64,000 nucleotides of DNA, taken from positions 124,001 through 188,000 of the forward strand of contig NW_026250430.1 of the NCBI RefSeq assembly GCF_024521635.1, given 5' to 3'. The translations under genes and the position numbers were made by a program. The notes under the pieces were generated by a model. It saw only the letters and a list, made by a program, of their open reading frames with translations. It ran no database searches and was not told the origin of the DNA. The stretch comes from Tricharina praecox. Lineage: Eukaryota. Each line of letters starts with the position of its first letter. The stretch's first letter is position 1. This document shows positions 49,971 through 62,955 of the stretch, piece after piece.

Positions 49971-52902
49971 TGGGGTTACCGGTAGCGCGGGAGACATATC
50001 GTATCGCATCGTGACAGATATACAGATACGTTCCCCTTTTCCCACCGGCCAGCTGACACTGGACAGACAGACGTACGGCGACAGGCTTCTGGAAGTGCAT
50101 GGAAGCCCGCCCCGCCCTTCCCTGCCCCCCGTGGTTATGGTTACATGAGTTATGGTTATAAGTTATGGTTATGCATGGCGACATGGCAGTCCCGTGCAGA
50201 CTCTCATGTGTGCTATGATGATCAGGCGGGGTGGGTTATCATGACGGTGGGTTTAAATACCGATTGTCTGGGCGAGAACTAATCTCGCAGAGGACGAGGA
50301 GGAGGGATTGGGGTGATTGGGAGGGAGGAGGATAAGCACTAGTCGGAGGTATCTCGCTGCGAGTCCAATGCAAACGGCATTCGATGAGTTCCGATGCGGC
50401 AACTACGGGAAGAGGAGACATGGTACGGTAGCGAAGTGGAGAAGTGGAGAAGTGGAGAAGTTGGGTGGCCGCTATGTACTCGGGCTGAGAGACTGTGGGG
50501 GACTTGCGATACAACTGCCTACTGGTAAACGTGTGAAGATAAACTGCGTTAGTTATGTAATCCCTCCCATGCACTGTGCAGACGTTTAATTAAGCGGATT
50601 TGACACCGGTCGGCCCGTTCCATCGCTCCGTACCTAAACCCGGCCACAGTCCCAATCGTGGAGCCGGTCGATCTGAATTGGCCCAGCAACGCACCCACCC
50701 ACCACCTCCCACCACGGCATGTTCCGGCCTATGTATGTGCAACACCACACCCGCGAATTGTTGTTGTTGTTGGATGGATGGACGGGTGAATGGGTGGATG
50801 GCACGTCAAAAGGGCCGCATAAAATTCGCACCGGTAGATACTGAGATAGATCTGCTGGGTGGTGGGTGCTGGGTGGTGGGTGGCCGGCGGTGGTCGGTGT
50901 TGAAAATTTCCAGGACAGGAAGGGGCGAGGGCGGCGTTATTCTCCGGCGGCCAGCCAGAGCTGCCGAGTATGTATGTAGTATGTACGAGTACTCCACTTC
51001 CTATCTCTGCCAACCAGCCATGCAGTTGCAGTTGCAGTTGCAGTTGCAAGCCATCCAGCCATCCTTCAGCCATCCAGCCATCCATCCTGCCAGCACACCC
51101 ACCTACCCACCACCACCACCACCACCACCACCACCACATACCCGCATCACCCGCTCTACCTCCCTAGTCCCAATCTGCGGAAAACCGCCAAGAAATCCCG
51201 CTCCTCTCGAACGTGCTTCACCGGGGGGAGGGAGTGTCGAGTGTCGGGTGTGCATTGCAGCATGCAGAGCGAGTTCTCTCGGCTAACGTTATTCTACGAT
51301 TTGACAGGAATGGTGGTGGTGGTGTGTGTCCGTGTGTGCGTGTGGTGTGTGTGAGGTTGTTGGGGAGCAGGCAGGCGGGCGGGTTATTGCGCGCCCATGC
51401 CATACCTATGCCATATGCCATGCTGACCCGGGTGTTGTTGGTGCTACGGCCAGGCCAGGCCAGGCCGGGACGAGTTTGCTGTGGATAGGTAGCCTCTGCC
51501 GCCGCCGGAAATGCTTCCTTTTCCTTTTCCTTTCCCTTTCCTTTCCCTTCCTTTGCTTTGCGTTTCCTTCTATTTGCCCTTTTTTTTTTTTGTGCTTTTG
51601 CTTTTTGCTTTGCCTTTCCTTTTCCATGCTCCTCCCCTCTTTTCTCCGCAATGGTGGTGGTTGATCGTGCTGGCCAATGTTACAGGTCGCATTATGCGGT
51701 TGATCGAATTATGTACATACCGTATGGGACTCGGCGAGCGAAACTCTCCGGAAGGCGAAGTGCGGAGTGCGGAGAGTGGAATGCGGAGAGTGGAATGCGG
51801 AGAGAGCCAGTCAGGCGAAGAAGAAGGTCTCGACTGTCTCGACTGGAAGCGGCCGCTACTATATTTCCACTTGACCGCTCCTTTGGCCCTAACTAACTAA
51901 CTAACTAACTAACGAGCAAGTTACTCTAAGTAACAATCTCCCGCTTCGACGCTTCGCGGAACCCGAGGATCCCACAGAAAAAGCGGAGGCGGGAAGGAAG
52001 AAGCAAAGCAAAACAAAAGGCAAAGGAGCACCCTCCTCCCCAACTGTCACGTCACATGTTCACTGGTGTTGGCTTGCAAGGGGTACATAGTACAATACGT
52101 CTTCCCGGAGCAAGAAAGATGCACCTCACCTCGCCTCACGCACATGCCGCAGTAAGACAGCGTCAGGTGCCCAAGTAGAGCGTGTAAACTACTGGGTTGC
52201 ATCTCATCTGAGCCTACCCCAACCCACGGGATCCTCTAACATCACTTCGCCCTTCATCCTTCACCCTTCACTCTTCACCTTTCACCCTTCCCCAGCCAGC
52301 CCACCGGGACCGCCGGAAGCAGCAGCAGCACGATTCGAGAGTGAAAAAGCGGCATCGATCGTCCTCCGTCCATCCATCCGTCCCAGCCATTCATTCACTT
52401 GTAGCCGGAATGCCGGAAGGCCAGAAGGAAGTCGGGAAGTCAGGCAGGAAGTAGGGAGGGTGGAAACCACGAACAAGAGGATAACTACCGGTACATAAGA
52501 AATGAATGAATGCATGCTATGCAGGTATGAGGTAGGTATGCACGCAGCACGCACGCAAAGAATACAGTTGTACACCGGGCCAAAAGCTCTCAATTCAAAT
52601 CCAAACCACTGTGATGCATATCTCAATCCCCTCGCTCCAAAAATTGGCCCCTTCTCCACACCCGTATGTATGCACCCCCCGTTCGTCACGCCGAATAAAA
52701 ACACTCCGCCCCGCCCCGCCGCCCCGTCGCACGGCCGCTACCCGGTCGCGAACCCGGAAATGACTCTTCCCATGAACTGGACGGACGTATGTATGTGCGT
52801 GTATGCGTGCGTGTGAGCGTGCGTGTGTGTGTGTCGTGCGGGAGGGAGGCGTGTGGGCTCGGCCATGATTGGCGCCTCGGCGGGGACAAGTAGAGTACGT
52901 AA

Positions 52903-53151
52903 CTAGTATCGGCCAGCACCACCAGCACCACCGCCGCCGCGAGGAGGCCTTATCTGCAGCCTCCTTCCCAGGCCGCGGCGCGGACAGTCGTTGTAGGGCC
53001 CGCACCAGGAGTTCTCCAGAACGTATGGAGTCTCGCGAGAGCGGCTGTACCCGCAGTCGGAGATCCCGGCGGCTTGCGCTACCGCGCACCGCTCGATGGT
53101 GTTGCCCTTCAGGCAGTTGCATTGGTGGAATATCGCACGTCTGTTGCACAT
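52903..53151 (-). CDS. Small cysteine-rich protein (82 aa) of unknown function
   Basis: MCNRRAIFHQCNC...IERC...DC...WC...DC. Start context is gaaATG after a pyrimidine-rich leader. The pattern resembles the small fungal MC-x8-C proteins. Confidence 0.5.
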   Translation of the reverse strand: MCNRRAIFHQCNCLKGNTIERCAVAQAAGISDCGYSRSRETPYVLENSWCGPYNDCPRRGLGRRLQIRPPRGGGGAGGAGRY

Positions 53152-53544
53152 TTCGTATCCGGTTTTGGGGAAAGGGTGTTGGAAGGGGGGGCAGGGAAGG
53201 AGAGGGGGAGGGGGAGGGGGAGCAGAAGGAAATGCGGAGGGAAGCGCTGTGTGCTGGGGCTCTTGTTGAAAGACGAGGGATATGTACTCGAGATGGTGGT
53301 GATGTTCGAGAAGTAGTGATGGGCTGGGAGGTGTAGATGGCAGATATGGAGAAGCTCGAATTCGGTACGGGCTTCGACCGCGTTATATCCTAATTCCCAT
53401 TCCAGCTGCCATAGAAATGGTATGGCAATGAGCAATGAGGAAATGAATGTGAGCGCCGCATCTTCGGTGGCATGCGTATATACATTTCTATGCTTCTTCT
53501 ATTCTCTGGTGATGATATTGAATTGGGGGGAGAGATCTGTCCCT

Positions 53545-53582
<38 letters not shown>
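53545..53582. repeat. (GA)n microsatellite
   Basis: Read directly from the sequence. Confidence 0.95.
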
Positions 53583-53586
<4 letters not shown>

Positions 53587-54148
53587 CGCAAGCCTGTGAG
53601 CGCTGGCCGCCGGCCAGGTTGATTGGACGAAAGTATGGCCTGTCCTCGGTTTTCGGTGGTAATTGGGACACATAGAACGTGCAGTGCAGGCAGTTTCGCC
53701 CCTTCGCCCCCAGACGCGTCGATTCATCCCATCTTTTGTCCTCTTCGCTCGCCTATGTACCTATGTCAAGTCCAACGGAAAGAACCATACACCAACTGTG
53801 CAGGCCATCCCCCCGCCTCAGTGGATTCTGATTCTGGCCGGGAGTGTCTTATGAAAAAAGAGGTAATTCACCAAGAAATCTGCTGCAATAAGCCGATGCT
53901 GGCTGGCTAGCTGCAGGCGCGTGAGTCGGTAAAAGGAGTGGGTGCATCGATTGCCCGGAGAATTCGGGGACGATGACGGTGACTGTGAACCGAATGGATA
54001 GAATATCACGTATAGCAGGATCATCATATGCAGCTCCCGACTAGAATATTTGTGATGTGTAAGTAGAGCCAATGGTCGGATGATACTGATGCAGCCATAT
54101 TCCCTTCGGACTAAATCCATGCCAACGCTTCCACTCCGTGCATACTAT

Positions 54149-56201
54149 TCAAAACTTGCGCTTCTTCTTGGGCGGCGCCTTCTTCTTGGCCTCCAGCTCC
54201 TTCTGTAGTTCAAGCCGTTTCCTATCTGCCTTCTCATCCTCGTCTTCAGGCACTGGTGGTGGCGATTTTACCTTGGAGACCGCGGGGAGCGAGGACTGGA
54301 AAACGAACGAACGAACGCGGGTGAGTTTTAATCCTAGTTGGTGCGTCCAAAAAAGCACAGGCGTTACTTACGATAAACGATGTCGCCGCTGCGGCCACTG
54401 AATTCTCTGCACCATCACCCAGCCCAACTTCCAGTTTGGCTTTCGGCTTCCCTCCTATCCTGCCGATAGACTTCCTGACGCCGCCTCCAACACCTGCCGC
54501 TGGTGGTGCAGCAGGAAGACTGCCTGGCTGTCGCAGTGACTGTTTGTCAACACCACCACCGGGCGTCATCGCAGACAACCCAGGTGCAGGGGGAGGAGAA
54601 GGCTGTGGTATACGACTACCAATCTGACCTGTGACCCCTTTCGTCACCGGTGGATTTTCTTTGGGCGCCGGTGCGTCAGCCAACCAGGATCATGAATCGT
54701 TGAGAGACAACAACAGCGGTTAGCCTTCTCACCTTCTACGGCTCCTTTCATTGATGCCGCTGGTGGTGATGGCGGTGGCCTCCGTCGCACTCCAGCGTCG
54801 AGGTCGTCTTCGCTATCCGTCGTCTCTTCGCCTGCATCCGCCATGGTCACCTCTGGCGGCGTCTCGTGCATCACCAGATGTGCGGGTGGTGTTGCATGAG
54901 GCTCAGGAGCAGGGGATTTCGCCCTCCGTTTGTCACCAACCTCACCAATGACCTTCTTTGAGAACATTTGTGGGGGTGGACGGGGTGGGGGAAGTTCATC
55001 ATCTGACTTTAGGGAAGAATCAGCACATCTTGTTCTCGGGTTCAGACATCGGGAGGACTCAGGAGACCAACGTCGCTCTCAATTTTTTTCTTTGAATGGC
55101 TCCCACGAGCGGCTGGAGGTGGCGGTGTCTTGAGAGGCTGTATACATTTGAATGATGAGCTGCGAGACGAGAACCCTGATTGGACGGGGGGAAACACGTA
55201 TGGTCACTCACCTCAAATCCATCGTCTTCACTCTCCGTCTCAGACCACATTTGCGGGCCCGGCTCCGGCTCTCCCTCTTTCTTTCCGAGAATGTTTCTGG
55301 GCTCTTCCTTTACCGGAACAGCTGGAGCTGCTGACGATTCCCGTTTTGCGATCATAGCAGCCGATGTTCCACCGACGCCTTCACCATCACCACCACCACC
55401 ATCGTCCTCGCCATCCGTTTCATCGTCGAAGATACCTCTCCACCACTCAGCAGCCTGTTGTTTAAAAGCCTGGACAGGCGTACCCTCCCCGCACTCCCCA
55501 GAGGTGTAAACCGACCGCACAACCTCCGCACCGCTCTGCTCACCATCGTACCTCAAATTCCTATCCCACGCCACCTCGTCAAACGGCGCGAGTACCTTCC
55601 TTCTCCTCGGGCCAACAATGACGTCGACCCTAACCTTATTATCCTCTAGCGCGTCCTTCATCTTATCGATAACATGATCCTTATCCTTGATAACCGTCTT
55701 CAGACTCTCGATCTGCGCCGCCTGCAGCCCCGCCAACGAAACTAACGGCATCACGAACACGTTCGTGAAATCCATCTGCGTTCCCAGGCGCAGCGTGAAC
55801 GTCCACTCCAACTCCGGCAGCGGTGGCGGCAGATCTACCGCTAGTCGCAGCTTCAGATCCCCAACACCATCACCATCGCTGCCGCCTCGTCGGGGTATAC
55901 ACGACAAAACCAACTCCGATTGGTCGCTGCCACCGCCTAGCCCGCCCTCGATCTTCTCGAGCAGCAGCGACAGCTGCGACGCATCCTCTGCGGGGTCGAT
56001 GGTGGTCGAGGCCTTCGCCGCGCGCGAGAGGATCCCGCTGCGATCGAGACCCTCGCTCCAGACTTGGACGAGGTCGGTGATGTGTACGGTGTATGAGCTG
56101 CTCGTGAAGCTGGTCTTGACGAGAAGTGAGGGCGCGGAGCGGATACTGGTCGTCAGAAGGAGTGGGTGCCATGATGAGGACTTTTTCGTTGGAGCGGACA
56201 T
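54149..56201 (-). CDS. Non-homologous end-joining factor XLF/Cernunnos (Nej1-like), multi-exon
   Basis: Head domain WHPL...LLVKTSFTSSSYTVHITDLVQVWSEGL...TIDPAEDASQLSLLLEKI...LPPPLPELEWTFTL. Coiled coil IESLKTVIKDKDHVIDKM. Basic C-terminal Ku-binding-type tail ELEAKKKAPPKKKRKF*. First intron ~55211-55138. Confidence 0.88.
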
Positions 56202-56599
56202 AGTGCAGTTGTGGTTGTCGGGCAAGATATGGTAAGGTGAAGATACAGCTGGGTATCTTTCATCTGGGGAAGGTTACGTGATGGGTGTGGATGACTCGCG
56301 AGACGCGATAGAGGTCGCGTTCAAGGATCATCATCACGTGGGTGCTTAAGGCCGCAATCGTGATAGCCCCCGGGCATTTATGGTTGATCCGCCCCCGCGT
56401 TGCTCGAGTTTTGCTGACGATTACTACCACGCTTCTAAAGACGCAAATCGACCAGAGTGTGATAGCTCCAGGCTCAGGCCAAGGCTAAAACAAGGCTCCC
56501 GAGAAAATGCTGCAAACAGGAGTGCAATTCTCCGTCTTGATGCTTCAACACTTCGCGCAAAGTTTAATCAGAGCAGATACATCGTCAATTTTATCTCAC

Positions 56600-56742
56600 C
56601 GACCCCTAAATCCCCGGATTCCTCTAGATCCCAAGATGTTCACGCAGAGCAAACATAAAACTACTCCTCAATCCCACTTCACTGACCTTCAACTCTCAGG
56701 ATTCCTCCAGATCTCAAGATGTTCACGCAGAGCAAACCTAAA
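56600..56742. repeat. Imperfect direct duplication with an 83-bp period
   Basis: ggattcctctagatcccaagatgttcacgcagagcaaacataaa (56616) versus ggattcctccagatctcaagatgttcacgcagagcaaacctaaa (56699). Confidence 0.85.
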
Positions 56743-58373
56743 GAAACCCTCATGATAACAGTGATGACATCCAGGGAACACAATACATGTCTCGCCCTCG
56801 GCTGCGAGAGCTTAACATCCCTTATTCCGCCGATGGTGAGGCTAGCAAGCACGAATGAATGCAGTTGACCACACACGAGGTTCGGTCGAATCACCGTTAA
56901 AACTACATCTTGGCATTATCTAGAAATCACAGAATAGCACTCGACTGCCTCATCCTTTTCTCTCCTTGGGCATCCGCGTTCCATCGAACCGGGGTTACTC
57001 CTGCTGTTCCTCTCCACGCCCTCCTCCATGGCATCTTCTGATAAAGAGGGAAGTGGCGAGGTGGACTGAGGAATGGTCCTTCTTTCCTCCCCTAGATTTA
57101 TTTCCTTGGTGCGCTCTACATGTGTCTATGTGAAAGGCCAGGGGGAGGAGTAGGGGAAGCCACAGTAAACTGCCTGACGAGAGTTAGACTGGATAGCGGA
57201 TGGGAAATGGAGCGTGTATATTGCCGTGAGCTAGATAGGTCGCATGTAGTTGGTGATTAAACAAAAGAATAATCTGCGTTCCATCTCAGACGGCGGAGGC
57301 AGCCAGACATTCACGGAAATCATCGACCAGGACGAGGTGAGGGCCAGGTCATGAAGGAAAAGAGAAGGAACTTGGAAGGAATGGGCGTGGAGGGAATAAA
57401 CAAGGACAGATCGGACCGGGCTTAAGGACGGACGGGGCGGACGGAGGAGGGCTGCGGAAGCAAAGGACACACTATCTTTCTCCTTCCTCTTTCTCTTTCT
57501 CTTCCTTTCTACATGATCACGCGAATAACTCAACACATAGAATTAGGTACATCTTGATAACCGACCGTCCTTCCCCGGCCGACTATGCAGGTAGATACCG
57601 GTACTCGGAAGCCAGTGCTAGCTCCCCAGAAGATAAAACTAACAAAGCCAAATACCTGTTTACCCTCAAAAGCCACAACCTGCGAACGTCTGCCACGCGT
57701 CCGCGGATCCGAAAAGCCAATTCGGAGGCCGGGAGGGTAAAAATTCCGACGCCAATTGCCGCTCGTGAGAAAACCAGAATGTATCAAGATCCAACGATAG
57801 AGAAACGCAACCCCAAAAGAATCTGGTTTCTTCGGTAGTTCTTTCCCCAGGATTCCATATGAGGTCATTGAGTTTTTCGAGTGATAGCCAATGGAACAAA
57901 CGACAGTATTTTTAGACAATGGCATTTATAATTGGCCGGCGATTGATAACTGTCCCTGAACGGCAATACCGGTATTCCATGACTCCCTACCTCATACCTC
58001 AAACATTGGTTGGCTGTTGGCCATTCTGCATGCGGATGGCCTAAGATTTTCTCTTTAGAGGCTCCGCCGCCGTTGGTTTTTCCCGCACTCCGAACATCAC
58101 CACCTTTTACCCCGCCAATCCACTCCGCCCCGCTGCGCCGCCCGCTACGAACGCACACTATTCCGCCGTTAGGCCACCTATTTCTGCCCTTTCCAACTAA
58201 CTAAGCCAAAAACGTGGGAAGGAAAAGAGGCAATAATGTCATCATCGTCCGGGTTTCGTTTCCCCCTCCATTTCCGCTCCCTGGTTTCCTTCTCGAAAAG
58301 AATATCATCTCCTCCTTGCCGGCCTACAGTTTGTGCTTACACCCTCTTTGTTCCGAAAACCTACAGAAACGAA

Positions 58374-59091
58374 ATGTCTTCCATTCCTAAGCCCGTACGT
58401 CGCCTTTGCGAATCCAATTGAGGTTGAGGGGAGCTGATTGCTGATGATTGTGATGGCAGGTCCGCACTCACGATGCCTGCCCTCGTAAGAACTCCACAGG
58501 GATAGTAGTTACTCCAGTTACATTCTGACCACACTCGCCGCCTACAGCCGCAGGCCCCTATGTACGATCCCCAGACCCCCACATCACCGCTTGCCTAGGT
58601 ATTGATAGGCCCTTAGTCCCAGGCGATCAAGGCCAACGGCCTCGTCTTCGTGTCGGGCCAGATTCCCGCCGACAAGACCGGCGCGATCATCAGCGGCACG
58701 ATCGAGGAGCAGACCGAAGCCGTCTTCGCGAACCTCTCCGCGGTGCTCAAGGCCTCTAACAGCTCGTTCAACAAGGTCGTCAAGGTCAACGTTTTCCTGT
58801 CCGACATGGCAAACTTTGCCCGCATGAACAGCGTGTACGCAAAGTACTTTTCCGGCCACAAGCCCGCGCGCAGCTGCGTCGCCGTTAGGGAGCTCCCCTT
58901 GAAGGTCGATGTTGAGATCGAGTGCATTGCCCTGGAGGATAACACTCCGGGCAAGAGGTCCGCGGTCGCGGCTCAGTATGTGCTCATTTCCTCTGGGGTG
59001 GGGAGATTGTAGGGGATGGGAGAGTGGGAATCTTGTGCTGACGACTTTTGGACGGTATAGGGCCGAGAGGGAGAACGAGGATGACGACTAG
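58374..59091 (+). CDS. RidA/YjgF/YER057c (Mmf1/Hmf1-like) enamine/imine deaminase; exons 58374-58394, 58460-58484, 58548-58561, 58617-58975, 59061-59091
   Basis: The spliced product reads MSSIPKP|VRTHDACPP|AGPY|SQAIKANGLVFVSGQIP...VVKVNVFLSDMANFARMNSVYAKYF..KPARSCVAVRELP..VEIECIA. The catalytic Arg of the PARS motif is present. Confidence 0.93.
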
Positions 59092-59531
59092 AGGGAATGC
59101 AAATGCAAGTGTTGGAAATGAAGGGATTAAGTTTATAGCCATGAGAAGTTCAAATGAAGGACCCTAAAGAATGGTTGTGATTGCCGAGCTCATGAAGAAG
59201 CGGAGAGTTGCACGGCGCAACTCGGGAACTATGGATGATTGCATCGCTGAGTGACCATCGCTGAGTGACCATTTTCTAAGCATTACTCCATATCACTTCA
59301 AGTACGGTAACAATCGAAACAGCGCATCGTAATGTCCAGTAATCCTTTATACACGTTCGCTAAATACCAGAGTCTCCCAGCTAGAACATTAGGAAGCCTC
59401 AATTCTATCCCATATTCTCCCAGAATCATGCATCCCATTCGAAAGTAGTGGCCACAGTAGTTGGTGACATTATTCGTGGGCGGCCAATCAAATCGGTATC
59501 TCAATTGCGTTCCACGTCGTCGACCCCATAA

Positions 59532-60178
59532 TCACGAGACATCCTCTCCCTTGCCGGGCGCATCTGCGATCGGCTCGTCTTCATCACCACCGTTTTTGTC
59601 CGTCCTCTCAATGCCTGGAGAACGACTTCTAGGCCTTCCTCCAGCACGGTCTGCACCACCCCGCCCTCCTCTGCCACCCCGCCCACCACGCGAACCTGCA
59701 CCCATTCCTCCTGGCGGCGGTCGTACAAACGCGAAGTCGCAAGAGATGGTCTGGTCGAGGAGCTTGGTGCCGTTGGCCTGGGCGATAGCTTCGCGAGCCT
59801 CGGGGAGCGTCGAGTATTCTATCAGCGCGTAACCCTACAAGTAAAGCCCAGTCAGGTTAATCGTCAAAACAAGAGCCACCGTAGCACATGGGTGTAGAAA
59901 AAAGGTAGCCCGTGAGGGCGAGTAGATGATGAGCGCACCTTAACGTATCCCGTCCGCCGGTCCAAGTTCAAATGCATATTCTGGATGTCGCCGTACTCTG
60001 CAAATCGCTCCTGCAGGTCCTCTTCGCTCGCCTCCTCGTGAACATTGGTGACCAGGACGATCCATCCCTCGATGGAACGTACCGCGAACGCGCCGCCGGC
60101 AGTCTTAGGCTCGGTGCTGCCGCCCTTCGTTTCGAGCTCCTCTGCCGGGGGCACGTCGTCGATCTCCATGTCGGCCAT
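59532..60178 (-). CDS. RBM8A: Exon junction complex RRM protein Y14/RBM8A; intron ~59938-59835
   Basis: [56 protein letters not shown]...[16 protein letters not shown], followed by RGG repeats and RSRSP. Confidence 0.95.
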
Positions 60179-60902
60179 AGCTGTGGGGGTGGCTGGTTTG
60201 TGTGGATATGGGATTGACTTGTGGAGAGGGGTGATTGAAAGTAGGAGGTCGTTGGAGTCGCGGGTATAGGTGTGGTGACGGCGGTGTGTGGGGAAAGTTG
60301 GCGTTTCGTTTCGTTCGCGCGCGATAGTTGTCTCGTTTATTACCCGGCGATTTTATGTGGGGGCGACAAGTGTGAATATGTAGCGACCTCAGCTCATCAC
60401 TCTGACAACCCTCTAGTGATATTACACACCAAAGACTCGAGCATCTAGCATCACTCGCGTGTACTAATAATCGGAGTGGAGCATATTGCTCGCTTTTCTC
60501 TGCTGCCTCAGCCGTATCTACTGTATACCGAACGCGCAATCTTTAACGGAACGAAGCACGGCCATTTTAGGCGGACCTGCAGTTGCGTCTATAACGACTT
60601 AGGTGGGATGGTCCTTCGCCCGATCGGGCACGGTACCGTCTATAGCGTCTGTGGCCTCAGCTTCGATCGTCCTCCTTGACCCGAGACTTGTAAGCTGCAT
60701 TTTGTTTCCTCCATTGCACTCTTGCCCACTTTCTCATTCTCCTTTCACCTTCTTCCCTTCTATCCCAGGTACCACCTCACCTTCCTCGCCAACTACCTCC
60801 TTTGTTTGGGTTTTCCTTTCTCCAAATAGTCACCTCATCTTCTCGCAGATACACAATTTCTGCTTCAACATAATCAATTGACCTTCATACACCGCAATCA
60901 GC

Positions 60903-62955
60903 ATGTCAGGCAACACGGATTCCTGGTGGGATGACGGGAATGATATTTGGAAATCACGCTGGGCTCCTCCCAAACCCCGGGTCTCCTCGAAGGCCAAGGT
61001 CATCATCGCTCCAGAACAGAAGAACCCCAGCACGGCTGCCACCCTCGCTACCGAGACGTCCCAGAGCTTAAATAAATTTAGCTTGACGAATGGCCTTGAC
61101 GCGTCCTGCTGGGCAACTTCGAGCTCCGTTCCTCCGAGGCTTAGAGAGCGCGGATCTGGACACGCTGCTCGCCGGGGTGATCGTGGTGGTGGTGGTGGTG
61201 GTGGGAACATTAATGGCCAGTCGCTGAGCGTCCATACCGGTCCTCCGGCCAAAGGAGCAAAGTTTCAATATGATGACACTAGGGACGTCGTCATGGGCGA
61301 GAACACTCCCACTACATCGCCGATTGAGTATGAATTACACCTCTTCCTAGTTCTGAGGGGAACAGCACTGACTAAAGTGGTTGTTGCAGTGTCCAGTTCC
61401 CTTCAACCACACTAAAGACGGATGCAGATGGTGATATCATCATGGACGATCTAGACGATGTTGCCGCTGCGTCTCAAATCAATCAGGCTCTGAGTGATCA
61501 GCGCGTCGGTCCGCTTCAATCTCAAAAAGAGATCAAGGATGTGAGATGTCCCTTTACCAAATGACGTGGACCAGCTGTGTTGATATTGACTGTGTATAGT
61601 CTTCTCTCGATCCGGGGATGAGGGCTTCGGTGGTTAAATGGGTGTTGGTGGTTGACACCAGTTTCATTCTGTCCCATCTTCATTTGGTCGACAACTTGGT
61701 GGACGCATACCACCGCTGGGGAAACGTCGTTATGCTTCCATGGGCCACCATCATGGAGCTTGATGGCCTGAAGAAGAGCAATTCGAACATCCGTGTCAAA
61801 AACGCCAAAGGCATCGAAGAAACCGTGAGTCTCGGTATGCTCGCCCGCCGTGCCAATCACTGGTGCTACGAAACCATGGCAAAGAGGAAGAGCGGTCTGT
61901 GGGGACAGATGAAAGAAGAGGTCATTGATCCTATGGCTGTAAAGGGGGACGCTGCGATTCTCGATTGTTGCCGGTAAGCATTCTCTCTTGTAGTTATGAG
62001 TGCGGACCGCTTGATAACCGACTTTGTGTTTAGCTTTGTGAAGCAGAAAAAGAGTGTCCACACCGCGATCCTCTCCAACGATAAGAACCTTTGCTACAGA
62101 GCCCTGGTATACAGTAGGTCCACATCTTCACTACGAAACTGGCTTGACACTAACCCCAGGTCAGATGTCTCTGCCGTCTCATTCGCTGGCACTCCTTTGA
62201 CTGCCGATGGAGTCATGAAGACCCTTGAATCCAATAAGAAAGATACATCCTCATCCCGTCCACCCGGTATCTGGTCCTCGGTCGAAGATTTCGATAAACC
62301 CGTCCCCAAGTTGCCGGAAAACCCTCCTTCCTTTCCTAAAACACCCCCACGGGTCGAAATTACCGGAAAGGGTCTCTACGACTCGCTGTATACCGGGTCA
62401 TCTTGTGGAGCGGTTGCGCCGTCTGATGGTAACCGGAGCGGGCATGGGCATGGAAACTTCAATAATTTGCCTAAGGTTCAGGCCGATGTGGGATTGCTCT
62501 TGCTCAGGATCGAAGATGATCTCCTAACCAACATTGTTCCATTACTGCATGCGCTCTGGACCTCCTCCAACCTTATTTCTCGGGGTATTCAGGATCCTTC
62601 CGGGGCACGGAACCTCGAGAATATTGAAATTTCCCTCTGGCATTGTGTTCAGCCTTTGTTCGATCAGCTGTACCCCGGAAAAACGGAAATTCGTGGACAG
62701 GTTAGCAGCAGTGAGCTCTCACGCATCTGGAACGCCTGGGGTTCCTGGTCGGCTCCAGATTTGCAACGTCTACCGTCCGTCAAGCCAACACCTCAAGGTC
62801 TCACTCGTTTCATCGAGAGTTGGGAAGTTCTTTGGCGTGGCTTGATTCATTTCGCCCAGGAACCTGAAGATACCAACCGTCGTCTTCTGCTTACTGTTGA
62901 GACATGGAAGGCGTTGATTTCGGGGCTTGCTCATAGTTTGGCTGCTTTTAAGTAA
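60903..62955 (+). CDS. SWT1: PIN-domain RNA endonuclease, Swt1-like, multi-exon
   Basis: PIN_4 pattern VLVVDTSFILSHL...LPWATIMELDGLKKS...LARRANHW...GQ...GDAAILDCCR|F...AILSNDKNLCYRAL. Upstream exons start at 60903. Exon boundaries are partly inferred. Confidence 0.82.
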
